The notes under the pieces are model-generated. The model ran no database searches and had not been told where the DNA came from. It was given only the letters and a program-made list of their open reading frames with translations. Of a stretch of 64,000 nt of DNA, positions 11,393 through 24,141 are shown piece by piece (positions within the stretch are counted from its first letter, which is position 1; every line of letters starts with the position of its first letter). Origin of the DNA: Geosiphon pyriformis uo1 (Eukaryota > Fungi > Glomeromycota); NCBI GenBank assembly GCA_016748015.1, contig JAAOMT010000512.1, positions 1 to 64,000 on the forward strand, read 5' to 3'. The translations under genes were made by a program, and so were the position numbers.

Positions 11393-14300
11393 ATGAGTGG
11401 TATTATTTGGAAAATTGCTACTTGTAATGTTAAGGGTATGAATGTTCCTGCTAAACAGGATGATATTGTTCAATGGCATTGGGATATGGACAATTTGGTT
11501 TCAATTTTTACAAAGACTAAGTTAAAGGATAAGATTTGTCCGTGAATGGCCACCAAATTTGGTGGTGTTCAAGTTTTCTCTTCTGGTTTGAACTCTGGTT
11601 ACGTGGGTGCTGGTGTGGCAATTGTCATGAACAACTCTTTGGCTAAACATGTGTGTAAAATATCTGAGGTGCTGGGTCATTTTTTTTGCATCAGATTACT
11701 TTTCAAAAATAAACTTTTGGTTTCAATTTTGGGGCTCTATGCTGGTGCCTTCCTGATTGTTTGATTTTCCCAGGCTGTTAAGATAAATTCTCTGATCACG
11801 AAGGCTGTAAATGAATTTTTTTTTGTTATTCTTGGTGGTGATTTCAATGAGAATGGTTCTCATAGATGTGCCAGCTTCAAAAAATGTTTTGATCTGGGTT
11901 TAGTGAATTCTCTGGGTGGGAGTTTCTTTGTAAAGATACTCACATGGTGTAACTCTCGTGGTGTTGAAAAAACAATTAATTTTGTTTTCATATTTTCAAA
12001 TTTGGTTAATGCAGTAGTGGATTGCAGTATGACTGATGTCTTGGAGTACTTTGATACTGATCACAAAGCTGTTACTGTTTCTGTGGGGCTGGGAGGTCTT
12101 TTGGATGTACATCTCTCTTCACTTTGCAAACAGGTGAACAAGGATCATTGGAAGTTTGATGTCAAAGGTGCTGATGATTTGAAATGGTGTGAGTTTAAGG
12201 CTGCCTTAGCTGCCAATACTACTGTGCTTTTGGATGCTTTTGATGTGGCTCAAAGGTTTTTGGATTTGGATGAATTGTGGGACATTATTTGCAAAACTAT
12301 GATTTTCTTAGCTGATGTGTCTTTCAAAAAAAAATGGTTTAAGGATTATGATAGTGTTTTCACTAAAGTGTCTTTTCGGTTCCACAAGTTAGAATTGTTG
12401 GTGTTCAAGCTGGTAAAGGCTTCTTGTTTAGCTTCCTGTGAGAATTTTGAGTTGCTGTTGGAAACGTAGGACAGACTTGATCTTGTGAGTGCATTGGAGG
12501 TAAAGTCTCTGTTTCTCTCAGGTTCTAGTTTTGATGTTGTTCATTCTGTTCTGGCCAAGATAAGAAAATTTTACCGCTTATCCAAGTTGCTGGAGTCTTA
12601 GTGGGCTGAGAAATCATGTATTAAGCAAGCTGTTGACAATAGGATGGAGAGTTTTGAGTTGAATAAAGGTTGTACTATTAGAAATGTGTTAGAGCATTCT
12701 TTTTGCAAAGTGGTGTTAGATCATTTGATTATGGATAATGAGCTGATCTTGGAGCCTAAGTTGGTTAAATCTAAGGTAAATGAGATAATAGAAGGATGGA
12801 CTTGGAAGTGTAGAGTGGGGTCTGACTTTTCGGATAATTGGAGTTGTCAATATAAGCCCTTGGATTATGTTTTTGATGGCACTTTTTCTGATGTAATGTG
12901 CATAATTGGTTTTGATGAAATGTTGGTTGTTGTTTCAAATCTGCCTAATGAGAAAGCAGCTGGTTTCTCTGGCATCTCAAATGAATTGTGAAAGCACTGT
13001 AACAAGTCAGTTTTGGATATGCTTTTGGTGCTCTTGAATTGTTGCTTGGTTTGTGAGTCTGTTTCTGGTCTTTGGAGGGAGGCCTGGGTCTCGATAATTC
13101 CTAAACCATATGAGTGAGAGGGTGTTCTTACAAACACCCATCTCATTGCATTAATAGAAACAGCCCACAAGATTCTTTTCAAGATTCTTTCAAACAGGAT
13201 TTCTTCAGCTTGTAGCAAGTTTGATGTTCTTCGTGGTGATAACTTCTCTGTTTTGAAAGGTACGACAACACAGTTCCCCATTTTTGCCATTGGTTCTGTG
13301 GTTGAGGATGCTTTGGAAAAGAATCAGGAGCTGTGGCTGGTTTTACAGAATATGCATAAGGCCTATGATTCTGTTGGTTGAGTACATCTCAGAAGGAGTT
13401 TAGTTAGGATCAAAATATGTGACAGGTTCATTAGATTTTTTGGTGGAATTCACAATAGTTGTATCAACAGGGTGATAACTGACTTTGGTTTAACTAATGA
13501 ATATCATGTTCATGATGGTTTGAATCAGGGGGAGGTTTTCTTGCCTTTTCTGTGGTGCATTTTCTATGATCTACTTTTGTGCGAGGTCAAGCAACAAGAG
13601 AGTGTTTGTGGATACAGATTAAATTTTCATTTTATTTCCAAAACTGGTTGGGCTGAATCTCATGCTGAGTTGACTTCATTTTTTGCAGCAGATGCTTTTG
13701 TTGATGATACCATATGAGTTGGTAGTAGCCAGGCCACTACACAGTACATACTCAATATAGTTAGTGAGTTTTTTGAATTTAATGACATTTCCATTAACAA
13801 TAATAAGACTATGGCCATTTTCATTAACTGTCAGGTTGAGTCCCCATATCTAACTGTCAGTGGTTTGCCAATTTCTATTGCCAAGAAGGGGAAATCTTAC
13901 TGTTATCTGAGCATTTTTTTGTCGTCTGAGAGTTTATCGAAACCTAGTTTGGCTAAGGCTTATTTGGACATTCGGTTTTTTGTTAATCTTGTCATAAGGA
14001 AGGCAATTTTGGATAAACAGTTTGCATATTTGGTGTCCACAATCCTCTTTCCAATTGTTGGCTACAGGACTCAGTTCAGCTATATTCCTCTCAGTGTGTG
14101 TAATAAGTGGAATGCTCTAATTTGAAAGGGTCTGAAATCTAAATCTGGCTTTTCACACAACTTTCTGAGTGATGCAATCTATCATCCTTCTTTATATAAT
14201 TTAAAATCTTTTGAGCAGATTCAGGCTAAAAGCAAATCTGCTTCTATAGTTTCCTTTGCAAATTTATTGGGTATTTTGGGTTGGATATTTTTTCACAGAT

Positions 14301-16071
14301 TTCATGATCTCCAGGTTCTTAGCTGGTGTCCTCAACACCCTCTACAATTTCCAGCTTGAATCAAAGTCAACTCTTCAAACAATTTTCTGGCTAATATGGT
14401 CTGCATTTTTTTTGGGTGTAATTTGTTTTTGGATGGCTTTCTAGACAGTGCATTTTGTTTTTGGGGTGGTATTCTTATGTCTTTTGTTCTTGGTGAACAT
14501 GATTATTTTAAGTATGTCTCTTCTCTTCGGCATTACAGGGTTGCTTTTGTAGACCAGCTACGTGATAAATATGGCACTGTTTTTGGTTAAGCAACTTTCA
14601 AGTGGTGGAAACAATTGAATCCTCATGGCCCTGTTCCCATCTAGTTCAAGGTTTTTGTTTGTTTTCTTGGAGGTGAGGTTTCTTCTTCTGTTTGTTTCCC
14701 ACCTTTGGATGGTCATTTTTCTTTTGATATTTTTTAGTCTTATAAGTTTGGTGTTGTTAGGGTTAATTTGTTGCATGTTGATACTGCTTGTCTTTCTGTG
14801 TACATAGATAGATCTTTGAGCAGTCTGAGAACTCCTAGTATGATGGCTGGTGCTGCTGCCTTCTTTGAAAATATTGCCTTAAGTATAGGTGTAAGAGTCT
14901 CTGATTTGGTCTCTTCTATAATAGCAGAGTTGTAGGCTATTGCTTTGGCTCTTGAGTGTATTTCTTTTTCTTGTTTTGTTAATTTGTTTTTAGACAGCCA
15001 GACTGCTTTGAATGTTTACAGATCAAAGTCTATGCTGGCTCATCTGGATTTCAAAAATCAGAGCATCGCCATATTTCTAATGTTATTTGTCACAAAAATT
15101 TGGATGTTAATTGAATTAAAGTTAAAGACCACTCTGGTGTCTTTGGCAATGAGCATGCTGATGCTCTTGTCAGGACTGCTGCCTTTTCTAATTGGCACTT
15201 ACCTCACATGATTAATGAACATTTCCTTAGAGCTGGTGGCACAACTGTTTTCAGTAATTCTAAGTATTTTGTTCGTAATATTTTCCAATCTATTAATTGT
15301 ATGTACTAGAAGGTTGGTTTTGGTTCTCAGGTTATGGTGGACAGCCTGCATGCTGATATTGATTGGTCCAGATCTTTATTGGTGTGGCACCCTGATTCTT
15401 ATTTGGCTGTTAGTTTTACTAATACATGTATTGCTGGCTTGTGATCATATTTTATGAAGATGTTACATCATCACCTTCCTATGGCAGTGTGTAAGCGGCT
15501 TTATAATAGGTGCTACTCCAGTGTGGTTTGTTTGTTTTGTGGTAATGTTGAGGTCTTGGACCATGTTTTTTCTTGCTCTTTTGATATTGCTGGCCATGCT
15601 CAGCTGGTAGAGAATCATGTGTCTGTATGGGAGGCATGCTCAGATTTATCTTGCTCTTCTTCTTGTGTTTCACAGTTGTTGTTTATTTGTGTTTTTGATG
15701 TTGTTGTTGGTACAGCTGTGTGTAAAGACTTTGTTTTTAATGAGTGGTATCAGGAATTTCTTTTTGTTTTCAAGGACCCTAAAGTTGTGGCTCAGAATAT
15801 TGTGTTCTTTGTGTGCAAATTTTGTTTTGTATTTAGGAATGATATTTGGCTAGTGTAAGCCAAAAACCAGGCTATTATGAAGAAAGATAGCTTAATCTCA
15901 CATGATGGTTCTATGCCTGTTTCGGTTTCTGGTCTTTTTGCAGTGTTCTCAGCTAGAATGGTTAGGTTATTGGGTGTTGCTGATGTATTTGGTATTAGTT
16001 TTGGGTTTTATAAGTCTTGTTTGTTTTTTCTGAGTACTGGAGATATGGTCTCTGTTCATATAGATGTCTAA
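11393..16071 (+). pseudogene. LINE ORF2 remnant (APE endonuclease, RT, RNase H, C-terminal CCHC)
   Basis: WKIATCNVKG, GGDFN, TW.NS, DTDH; KAAG.SGISNEL, KAYDSV, GLNQG, AFVDD; AEL.AI..AL, DSQ, KVK.HSG..GNEHAD; C..C...E..DH.F.C. Confidence 0.92.
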
Positions 16072-16358
16072 TATTGTTTTGATTGGCCTGAGTGGCTGGT
16101 TATGTATAGCAAACGCATGATTCACACTTAGTTTAGATCATTAATATAATGTATAATATTAGGCCGTGTTTGGACTTCACTCATTAAATGATAAAAAAAA
16201 AAAAAAAAAAACTGTTTATTACTATAAAAAACTTTATAATTTNNNNNNNNNNNNNNNNNNNNAAACTGTTTTAATAAAAGTATTAACAAATTATTTATAA
16301 GTTTATTTGTTTTTAATTATAAAACTGTTGCTAATAATTATATTTATATAGTTATAAA

Positions 16359-18628
16359 TTCTTTGTCTCCTTAATTTTATGACCATGATCAAAGCAAAGA
16401 GTAAAAAAGCCATATCTAATTTTTTTTCTAGAATATTTAATAAAATTTCAACCAAAAAAGCTCTCTCTGTTGTAAAAACAACTAGGCAGAATGTTTTAAA
16501 AATCTTTTCTTTACCTAATAATCATGAAAAGCTGTTTTTAGTAGCTATTAAAGCAACTTTTTTATCTTTGGCTGGCTTTTCCTCAGTCAAAATTCCTTCA
16601 AAGAAACATATTTGGATTAGTCCCAGTGTTGTCTCTATTTCAACTAAGAACCCAAAAGTTTTTAATAATAGATTTGTAAACAAGTTGGTTTTTCCCTCTT
16701 TAGTTTTAACATCTGGTGCTACTAGTACCATATCTTCAAAAAAATGATTAAAAAGACCAAAAATTTAGAAAAATGGGAGCAGCTGCTTGTCTCCACTATT
16801 GTTACATCGAACTCTTTTGTGGTTTCCAATAAGATCTTGGGTAAAATCTCTATAGCATTATTCAGCACATCATTTAAGATGAGCCAAAATTAATCATTGG
16901 TTGTGTTGTCAAATATGATGTCTTCTGGCAGATTTTTGCCAGTTTTAAAAGCAAAATAATCATTTTTTATAGTGTTATCTGTTCTTAAGAACTGGGTTGA
17001 CCAAATAGAAATTGAATTATTTTTTCTTTTGATTTCTGGTGCTGCTGTTGGTAGTGCTTAGAAAACTATTACTGGTCATTAAAGATTTACTGAGTAAATG
17101 GCCTCTACTCTGGTGCTTGATGCTATTTTCAAGATTAAATTAGCTTATATTAAGACTGTTTTTCAGTCTGTACATGGTTTTCTGGATGTAAAATTAGTGT
17201 TAAAAGACAATATAAAGCTTTTTTGTATGAAGTTTGCTTCTCAAGTGTCTTTGGAAACTGCATTTCTGATTGAGCTTACAAGCTCTGTTCATTTAGCCAC
17301 TTTTAAAATTGCCAAATTTTTGGTAGCTTCTGAGTCTGATTCTTTTTCTACTGCTATTGCATTGTGTGATATGTCTTTGGACATATTTGCTACTAACATT
17401 AAGTTAGCTCTTGGTGTCTTTGATGAAATTTTTCATATTTGGTTAAGACTTGCTGGTATTTGGCAATATGTTGTTGTTTACTTTAAAACTTTGGATATCT
17501 GCTCTTAATTACTAATTAGTTTTGGTGAACAAAGATTGTATTCAGATCTTTTTTCTTGTAAATTAACAAGAAAATATTCTGTTTTGTAATAGATTTAAGA
17601 CCAAATTGATCAACTTTTCTTTTGGCTGCACTGTTTTTGAAATCAGTAATATGATTTCTTATGTTGGTAGTCAGACTTGTTTCATATCTTGGTATTTTGA
17701 TTCTGGTCATCATTTCTGGTTTGCTCTGGTTATATTTAACTCCTAAGCTGATTTAGACTTTATTGTTGTCAGAACTGGTATGCTAAGAAAGTGCTATATC
17801 TGATAGAAAACCTCTGGTTGCCAGTGTTGTTTTTAGTGTTAAGAGATAGGCCACTTGGCTGTGGACTATAAGGTTATTCTACTTCTCTCTTCTAAGGCTT
17901 TCAAGATGTTTAAATTACATTTTGTCAGTTCTTTGTCTTATATAAAGGCATCTGTTTCTCTTGTTTTTTCTGAGTTTTTTTCTTTAGTAACTTCTGTTTT
18001 TTTCTGTAACTGTTGCTAATTTTTTGATGTCTTCTTAGTTAGCTGCTTTGGAATCTGATTTAGCCAAGTTGTTGACATTGGTTGAATCTATTGTTAAGTC
18101 TATTAGTAAATTGGTAACTGCTTTTAAACAATTTATTAAGAGTAATTTTATGTTTAATAGCAAGCTTAGAAACAAGATTAATGAGCTTATGATGTATTTG
18201 GGTGCATTTAGCAAATCTGTTAATAAGTTAAAGAAAGAAGTAATAGCATTAAAGACTAAGTATGGCATGAAAAATGTTAATTTGTCTGGTAATTTTGGTG
18301 TTCCAATTGGAGTAAATGATGAGATGTTTGATGAGTTAATGGCACTTTGGGAATTTGAATCTTTTGAGATTAGATTTAGTCTTATAAAAACAGCCAAGTG
18401 GCTTGTTGGATTGGTTCTTAGTAGTCTTACTTTGTTTGATATAATTCAAAAAATATTTACTTTAAACAAGTTTTCTTGTAAATTAATAGCATAGTATAGT
18501 CTGAATTAGCTTAAGTAGCTTGTTATATATAAAAAGTACATGAACTATATTTAGCTCTAGATCACTTAATTTGGTTCTAATTTTTAATTAATGATTAGAC
18601 CATACTCATTAAATCTTTAATAAAAAAA
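16359..18628 (+). mobile_element. ORF1-only non-autonomous LINE derivative (HAL1-like), copy A
   Basis: One decayed ~700-codon ORF1-like frame (16379-18494; GIWQYVVVYFK, C..C...GHLA.D) is followed directly by a tail homologous to the LINE 3' UTR and an A-run. Candidate TSD TATATAGTTAT at 16345-16355 and 18631-18641. Confidence 0.78.
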
Positions 18629-19171
18629 TATATATAGTTATTATTAAAAGTTTTAATTTTAAAAATTAATTTTTTAAGTTATTTATAATGTTTAAAAATA
18701 TTATTAAAATTAACTTGTTTATTATAAATCTTGTTTTTAATATAATAACATATTTTAAAAATATTAAAACTTTAACAAAATATAAAATAATACTTTTTTA
18801 AACAATATTAACATATAAATTATTAATTAAAAATTCAAATAATTTTTTTTTAAAATATAACACTAAATTTAATTATCTAATTGTAAAAACAATTTTAAAA
18901 TTCAATTTAATGTAATATGTACTTTTTATCATTTAATTGAAAAATTCTCAATAAACTATTTATTTTCAATTTTGTTCTTTCCACAAATTTTGATATAATA
19001 ATAAGTTAATAATTTATAAATGTATAAGAGTTTAAAACAAGTTCAAATAATTGATTACAATTTATTTTATAATTTTCCTTATTTAAATTTAAGAAGTAAA
19101 CATCTGATAATAACTTTTTTCATTCCACAATTCAAAAAAAAATCATTAAAAGATGTCTAATTTATTGGGCT

Positions 19172-19792
19172 TCAGCGATTTTTCTTTCCTTTCTTTTTTT
19201 TGGAAGTATGGACCGGAGTTGAGTCTATATTTGTTGCTAATGTTGTAGATGAAACTTCTGAAGTGGCTGCGACAGGCGTACTAGTGAAAGATGTTGCTTG
19301 AACAGGCTTTTCAGAAGTCAACGCTACTGATTTAAGTATTAAGCCTGTCTGAATTAATATGATCTATATACCTACCATATTCAGAATCTCAACAAATATT
19401 ATGACTTACCAGCAGTTTCTTCTGGTGGTGGTGGTATGCCACTACTCTCTTGTTTATTTTGCATTTTCAACATCAATGACTTGTTAAGTCGTTCAAATTT
19501 TTTCAAATCCGAAGATTGATCGGTTTTATACTTTAAAACTGTTCTGTCATCTGTCACTTTTAACACCAATTGTCCTTGTGTATGAGACCAACTTATAACA
19601 TATCGTGCCTTTGACGCAAATATCCAAAGAAATAATTAGCTTCCGTTTCCTATCTATTTTGCTTCCAATTTTTCCTTGGACCTTTTTCAAAACATATAAA
19701 TTGAATTTTTTGAAATTTACTGTTTTAGGAGAACTCAAATAAAGCTCTTCTGCAGCTTTTTGATATTCGTTCCAGTCATTGATATAAACCAT
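19172..19792 (-). CDS. SRP9: Signal recognition particle Alu-domain subunit SRP9/SRP21; exons 19792-19721, 19608-19410, 19344-19172 (~147 aa)
   Basis: Spliced translation MVYINDWNEYQKAAEELYLSSPKT|ARYVISWSHTQGQLVLKVTDDRTVLKYKTDQSSDLKKFERLNKSLM...KKKKGKKNR*. GT-AG introns, SRP9 motif LKVTDD...LKYKT and the fungal Lys-rich tail. The exon 3 acceptor could be a nearby in-frame AG. Confidence 0.92.
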
Positions 19793-19908
19793 ATTTCTGC
19801 ATTATCCTAAAATTTTTTGATGGTCTAATATATATTGAGATTATCACATGATTTTCTTAACCTTTCTAGAATTTTTAGCTACCCTGCGACCGTGAAGCTT
19901 TCATAGGT
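19793..19908. promoter_or_regulatory. Putative bidirectional promoter shared by SRP9 and the STB6-like gene
   Basis: Only 116 bp separate the two divergent ATGs. Confidence 0.6.
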
Positions 19909-22900
19909 ATGGCTCTTGAGTTTGATGAATATGTGTTCTGTGAGCAAAGTATTTTAACCCTTGCAGAAGAGTGTGAAATACCTGTAACCTTTAGAGATAA
20001 GATTCTTGAAGGCTATCAGTTATATATTGTTGAACAATGGTAAGGGAACTACCAGCTTGCTAGCCTAGAGTCAAATCTTTTATCTATTATTGCTAACAAT
20101 AAAACGCTCAACAATTTGACTTCAGGGTGTCTGATCGAAAGAAACCTTATAATACTGTAACAATTTCTACTGGCGTTGCTTCTCATAAGGCAAGCCTGTG
20201 AAGGTGTCCTTTGAGAATTTTCAGCTTTTTCACCCTCCTTTCGCCTATGATTTCTTCTTTAGGTAAAAGCGTTTGGTATCAAAATTGATAAAGAGAAATT
20301 CCTGCCAAAAAAAATTAAACAACTTTTTGAAAGTTTGGAGAATGATAAAACAAGACCTAAACAACTTTTTGAAAGTTTGGAGAATGATAAAACAAGACCT
20401 AAAGATGTACTGTATTAATAAAATTTCTTAAAATTGTGTTTTTTTCACTAGGATTATCTATAACTGATTTCAAATAGAAATTTTTAGGGCATATTCTTGT
20501 CACCAATTTGAGCACTTTTCCATCTTACCTTAATCTTGTTCTTGTACCTGATGGAGATTATGAATCAAATATTCTTGATTTCTATATAAATTTGAACTTG
20601 CGAAAAGTTGGCTGTAGTAGTCGGAGTGCTCTTTGTTTGAAACCACCTTCGTAGGTACTCTTAATTGATCGGTTCTTAAACGATATATTTATTTATATAA
20701 GTTATTTCTCGACCTTTCAGCGATGCACAACAAGCAAAATTTTTTGATCTTTATAAAATATCGACTCGAATCCCTTTTAATGATGGCGTCTTAGAATTGA
20801 TCAAATTAGTCCAGACAGCTTTATATTTCTTTGGTCTCTTCCCTGCTTATTATATCGATGGACTATTGTGTGACACTACCTTCGATGCCCTTCGAGAGTT
20901 CCACAATAAATATGCTTCCGAGCTTGAGGTATTTCTTGCTTGAAGAGCAAAAACATGAGGTTTTAAAAGAACTAATCCAAGAATTAAAGGGCTTCAATAT
21001 GCTTAGTTAAGGGAGAATCCTTTGGATACTAAGCTTGACCCAAGTCTTGTTGCTGCTCTTTTAAGCATGGTTGTGTGTTTCAGGAACAAGCTTCATTCCA
21101 TAGGGTACCAGGTATGAACCGCATTATTTTTCCGGTTTGAATCCGTTCATCTTCTGGTCAATTCAAACAACTTAATCTCTTGTTTAGGTCACAAAAGACC
21201 CATTCTCAGATCCCGAAGGATTTTTGACTGGTGTGGCTTCCTTTCAGGTCTCGAAATTTTCTTGGGTCCTATTCGATATTATGATTTTTTTAACTTATCC
21301 CGTGTAAATTGAAACACAATGAATAGAAATCAGCCAAAATTAATGCGATTCGATCCTTGGATTATACTACCATCGATAAAATAGATAAAGTTTTTAATCG
21401 CTCAAGAGCTTTGCAAGTACACAAGGTGAGCCCAAAGAATTTCGCCCTTTAGTGGTTTATTTATTTATTTTCTATGATCTTTTTTATTGTGCTTTTAGGT
21501 CCTTATACCCACTTCTGGTAATTCTTGAATTCATTTTAATTACTTAAGTGAGTGATCAAGATAATAATCACTCATGTTTTCATCATTTTCGATCAAGCCG
21601 TCACAGAAATTGATACTGATCTTGAAGTGTTCTCTAAAAATACTAATATTGGTCGGCTTAAGTATTTATGGAGAGGTAAAGGAAAACACCCGCCAAACGA
21701 GAATGAAATAGATTGGCTGCATGGCGGAAAAGAGTTTGGAAAGAGTATTCTGCGAGGGGTATCTGACCGAACGGTAAATAGGAACAATTCCGGATTTCCA
21801 AATTTCCATTATATAAATTGATTTGAAATCATAGGTGAAAACCGGAGAGGCGATTCGTGGGTTCACGGAAGGTGTTACTGGGTAAGAGCCCGCTCAATTC
21901 ATTTACGCTAGTGTATAACATTCGAGTACATTAAATTACCTTCCAAAGATCTCTTTCAAGCCTGGCGCAAAGGAAACATGCAAAGGAAAAAGAAAAATTT
22001 GAAGCATATGATTCACAAAAAGAGAGGTAATCTTTCATGCTTTCAATACAACTTATTGCAAAAATTGCCATTTTAATGAACAAATTCCATAAAGTGAACT
22101 GGATTCAGCTGAGAATCTTAAACGACCCCATGGATCCACCCTCATTCCTACTGAATTTGGTAAATTACCGTAATACTATTAGCACATCATTTCTTCCTTA
22201 TTTTTAACAACTTTGTATTTTGCGAATGATCTCGAAGAAATCACATCTGCGCTCTTAGCTTCTGGCGATTATGGAGTATCCCTAGAGTACTCGGGGTACC
22301 GATTGCGCCGAACCTGTTCATTTAGCTCCTATGAAACTTTAAAAGGAACTGATTCATCCCCTAAGCATTCTTTGCTCAAGAGATCTAATTCAATTTCAGC
22401 TTTGAACGTGTTTGGCTTAGAAAATGCGCTACCCAGGTAGTAATACGTATTAATATCAAACAACGTCTCATTCATAATCTAGGAGTATATTTAATCCCGG
22501 AATTTTCAATTAGGCGATCGTGGAAAATTGATTTAGAAACCTATATTATGTATGATAATCTCAAATATCAAGAAACTTTACTCAAAGATCATATTGGGGA
22601 ATTGGAGGTACCAATAAATAAATATTTTTTCTCTTATTTATTTTATACTAATATAAAGCATGATTTCTAGGACGCTTCCAACCAATATGCAACTTTGATA
22701 CAACAAGCTTCGGATGTTTACGAAAAACGATTTCGTAAATTCAAGGTGAGATAAATATACAGCTTCAAAGACTTGAAAATTGATCTTTTGAATAACACTT
22801 GAAAGAACCTTGTTAGTCATCAGAACAGGAGGCTTTGCTGATCCTCGCGAAACATGAATCTATAGGAAATGCTGTGAAGAAGGTCGGCACTGATAGCGCT

Positions 22901-23168
22901 AAACTTACATATGAATTAGACGTACTGGAAGATAAGCTAAATGAAATTGAGGAATCTGTCGATAATTTTTGCTTAAAGGTATGACACATCTTTCTTAAAT
23001 GCCTACCTTTCCTCAAAATCTGATTCATAGTTTTTTGCAATCTAGGTAAAAATTCTAGAATCACAGATTCCACAACCTTCGCGGCCTGTAAGTATATTGT
23101 TGGGATTCTTGAATTACTTTTACAATCAATGGAGAAATATTATCGCACCCATTCTGGATTTTCTTTGA
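19909..23168 (+). CDS. STB2/STB6-like (Sin3-binding protein family) multi-exon gene
   Basis: Spliced motifs GYQLYIVEQW, VTNLSTFPS.L.L..VPDGD, NLNL...GCS.RS and DGLLCD.T are typical of the STB6 N-terminal domain. A C-terminal coiled coil (YELDVLEDKLNEIEESV) and last-exon stop at 23166-23168 are visible. Middle exon boundaries are not all resolved. Confidence 0.85.
20317..20400 (+). repeat. Perfect in-frame 42-bp tandem duplication in an STB6-like exon
   Basis: AAACAACTTTTTGAAAGTTTGGAGAATGATAAAACAAGACCT x2 (KQLFESLENDKTRP x2). Confidence 0.95.
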
Positions 23169-24141
23169 AGGAATGGTGGATAAAAGCTTCAAACTTTTCA
23201 AAAGTTCTAGTTGATATTGTATCCTTTTAATATAATCCGAGAATATTTCAAAATTTACTGAATGAATATAAGCAAGTACCAGTTAAGAAGCAGTTTTTTT
23301 TCTGTAGCTTTATCAAGTTCTTATTTTCAAAATCTTTTAGAATATGTTTTAAAGTCTGATAATAGTATTTTATTAATATTATTATTTTATTTGCATTTTT
23401 TTTAAAAATTAGACTAAAAATTATCGTTAAATTACATTATAAGTTACAATTTTTGATTTCAAAACTTAATTTAATTATTGTTAACCAAATTGTTAACTTG
23501 GTTATTTTTATCATTAATAAATATATATATAAAACTTTTTAAACCATTAAAAAAATTGTATTTTTTGAATTTGTTGTTTTTAACAAGTAAATAAAAATAA
23601 TTGATATTTGCTATTAAATTATAATTACATATTTAAATTATTACATATTTAAATTGTTTTTTTGTTAAGATTATTTTAATTAAATTTATATTATTTAAAA
23701 AAAAATTTCTTTATTTTTTTATAATTAAAACGAAAATAAAGAGTAAAAAAATTATAATTTCTTTATTTTTTAAAGTATTTGGTAATATTTTTAATAAAAT
23801 ATTTACAATTATTAAAACTATTTAATAATATCTTATAAAAATGTTTTTTTTTAAATAAAATAATAATAAACTAGTTTTTTACTGGTTTTAAAGCATTTTT
23901 TTTTTAAGATTTTTTTAAAAAAATCCATCTAAAATAGGTTTAATAATTAACTATAATTACTTTTTTGGTTTTTAATTTATTAAATTTAATAATTAAATAT
24001 AATTAAATTAATAATAATTATAAATACATGTTTTTTATTGTTATTGTAATTGTTTACAATATAATAATAATTGTTAATATAGCTGATTTGTAAATTAAAA
24101 ATTGTTTATTTTAATATAATAATTAATAAAAACTAAAAAAA

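Larger units (their letters stand above)
391..11396 (+). pseudogene. LINE ORF1 (nucleic-acid-binding protein) remnant, interrupted at 746/9937
   Basis: Fragments 574-746, 9939-10373, 10380-11132 and 11157-11396 are homologous to 46364-48329 (LIGLW, SKWS.L..K, LYTL..GT.AHDL, degenerate C..C...GH....C knuckle). Stops derive from TGG/CAG codons. The start is approximate. Confidence 0.8.
257..16211 (+). mobile_element. LINE copy 1 (non-LTR retrotransposon, ORF1 + APE-RT-RNaseH ORF2, poly(A) tail), decayed, split by Gypsy copy A
   Basis: The 5' end CTTCTTTCTCTC follows an A-run and resembles the start of LINE copy 3. ORF1 reads through when 747-9936 plus one TSD copy is removed (...NTDDD|VLDDFF...). 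ORF2 motifs are present. The 3' tail ...CATTAAATGAT(A)n has poly(A) at 16193-16211. Confidence 0.9.

Noticed and set aside
19547-19720. C-terminal part of the listed 81-aa ORF 19547-19792
   Set aside because: Read-through into intron 1. The SRP9 motifs continue in another frame after splicing.
24121-24130. AATTAATAAA as TSD of half-LINE copy B (also 27389-27398)
   Set aside because: Low-complexity match in AT-rich DNA and not flush with the 5' end, so not reliable.
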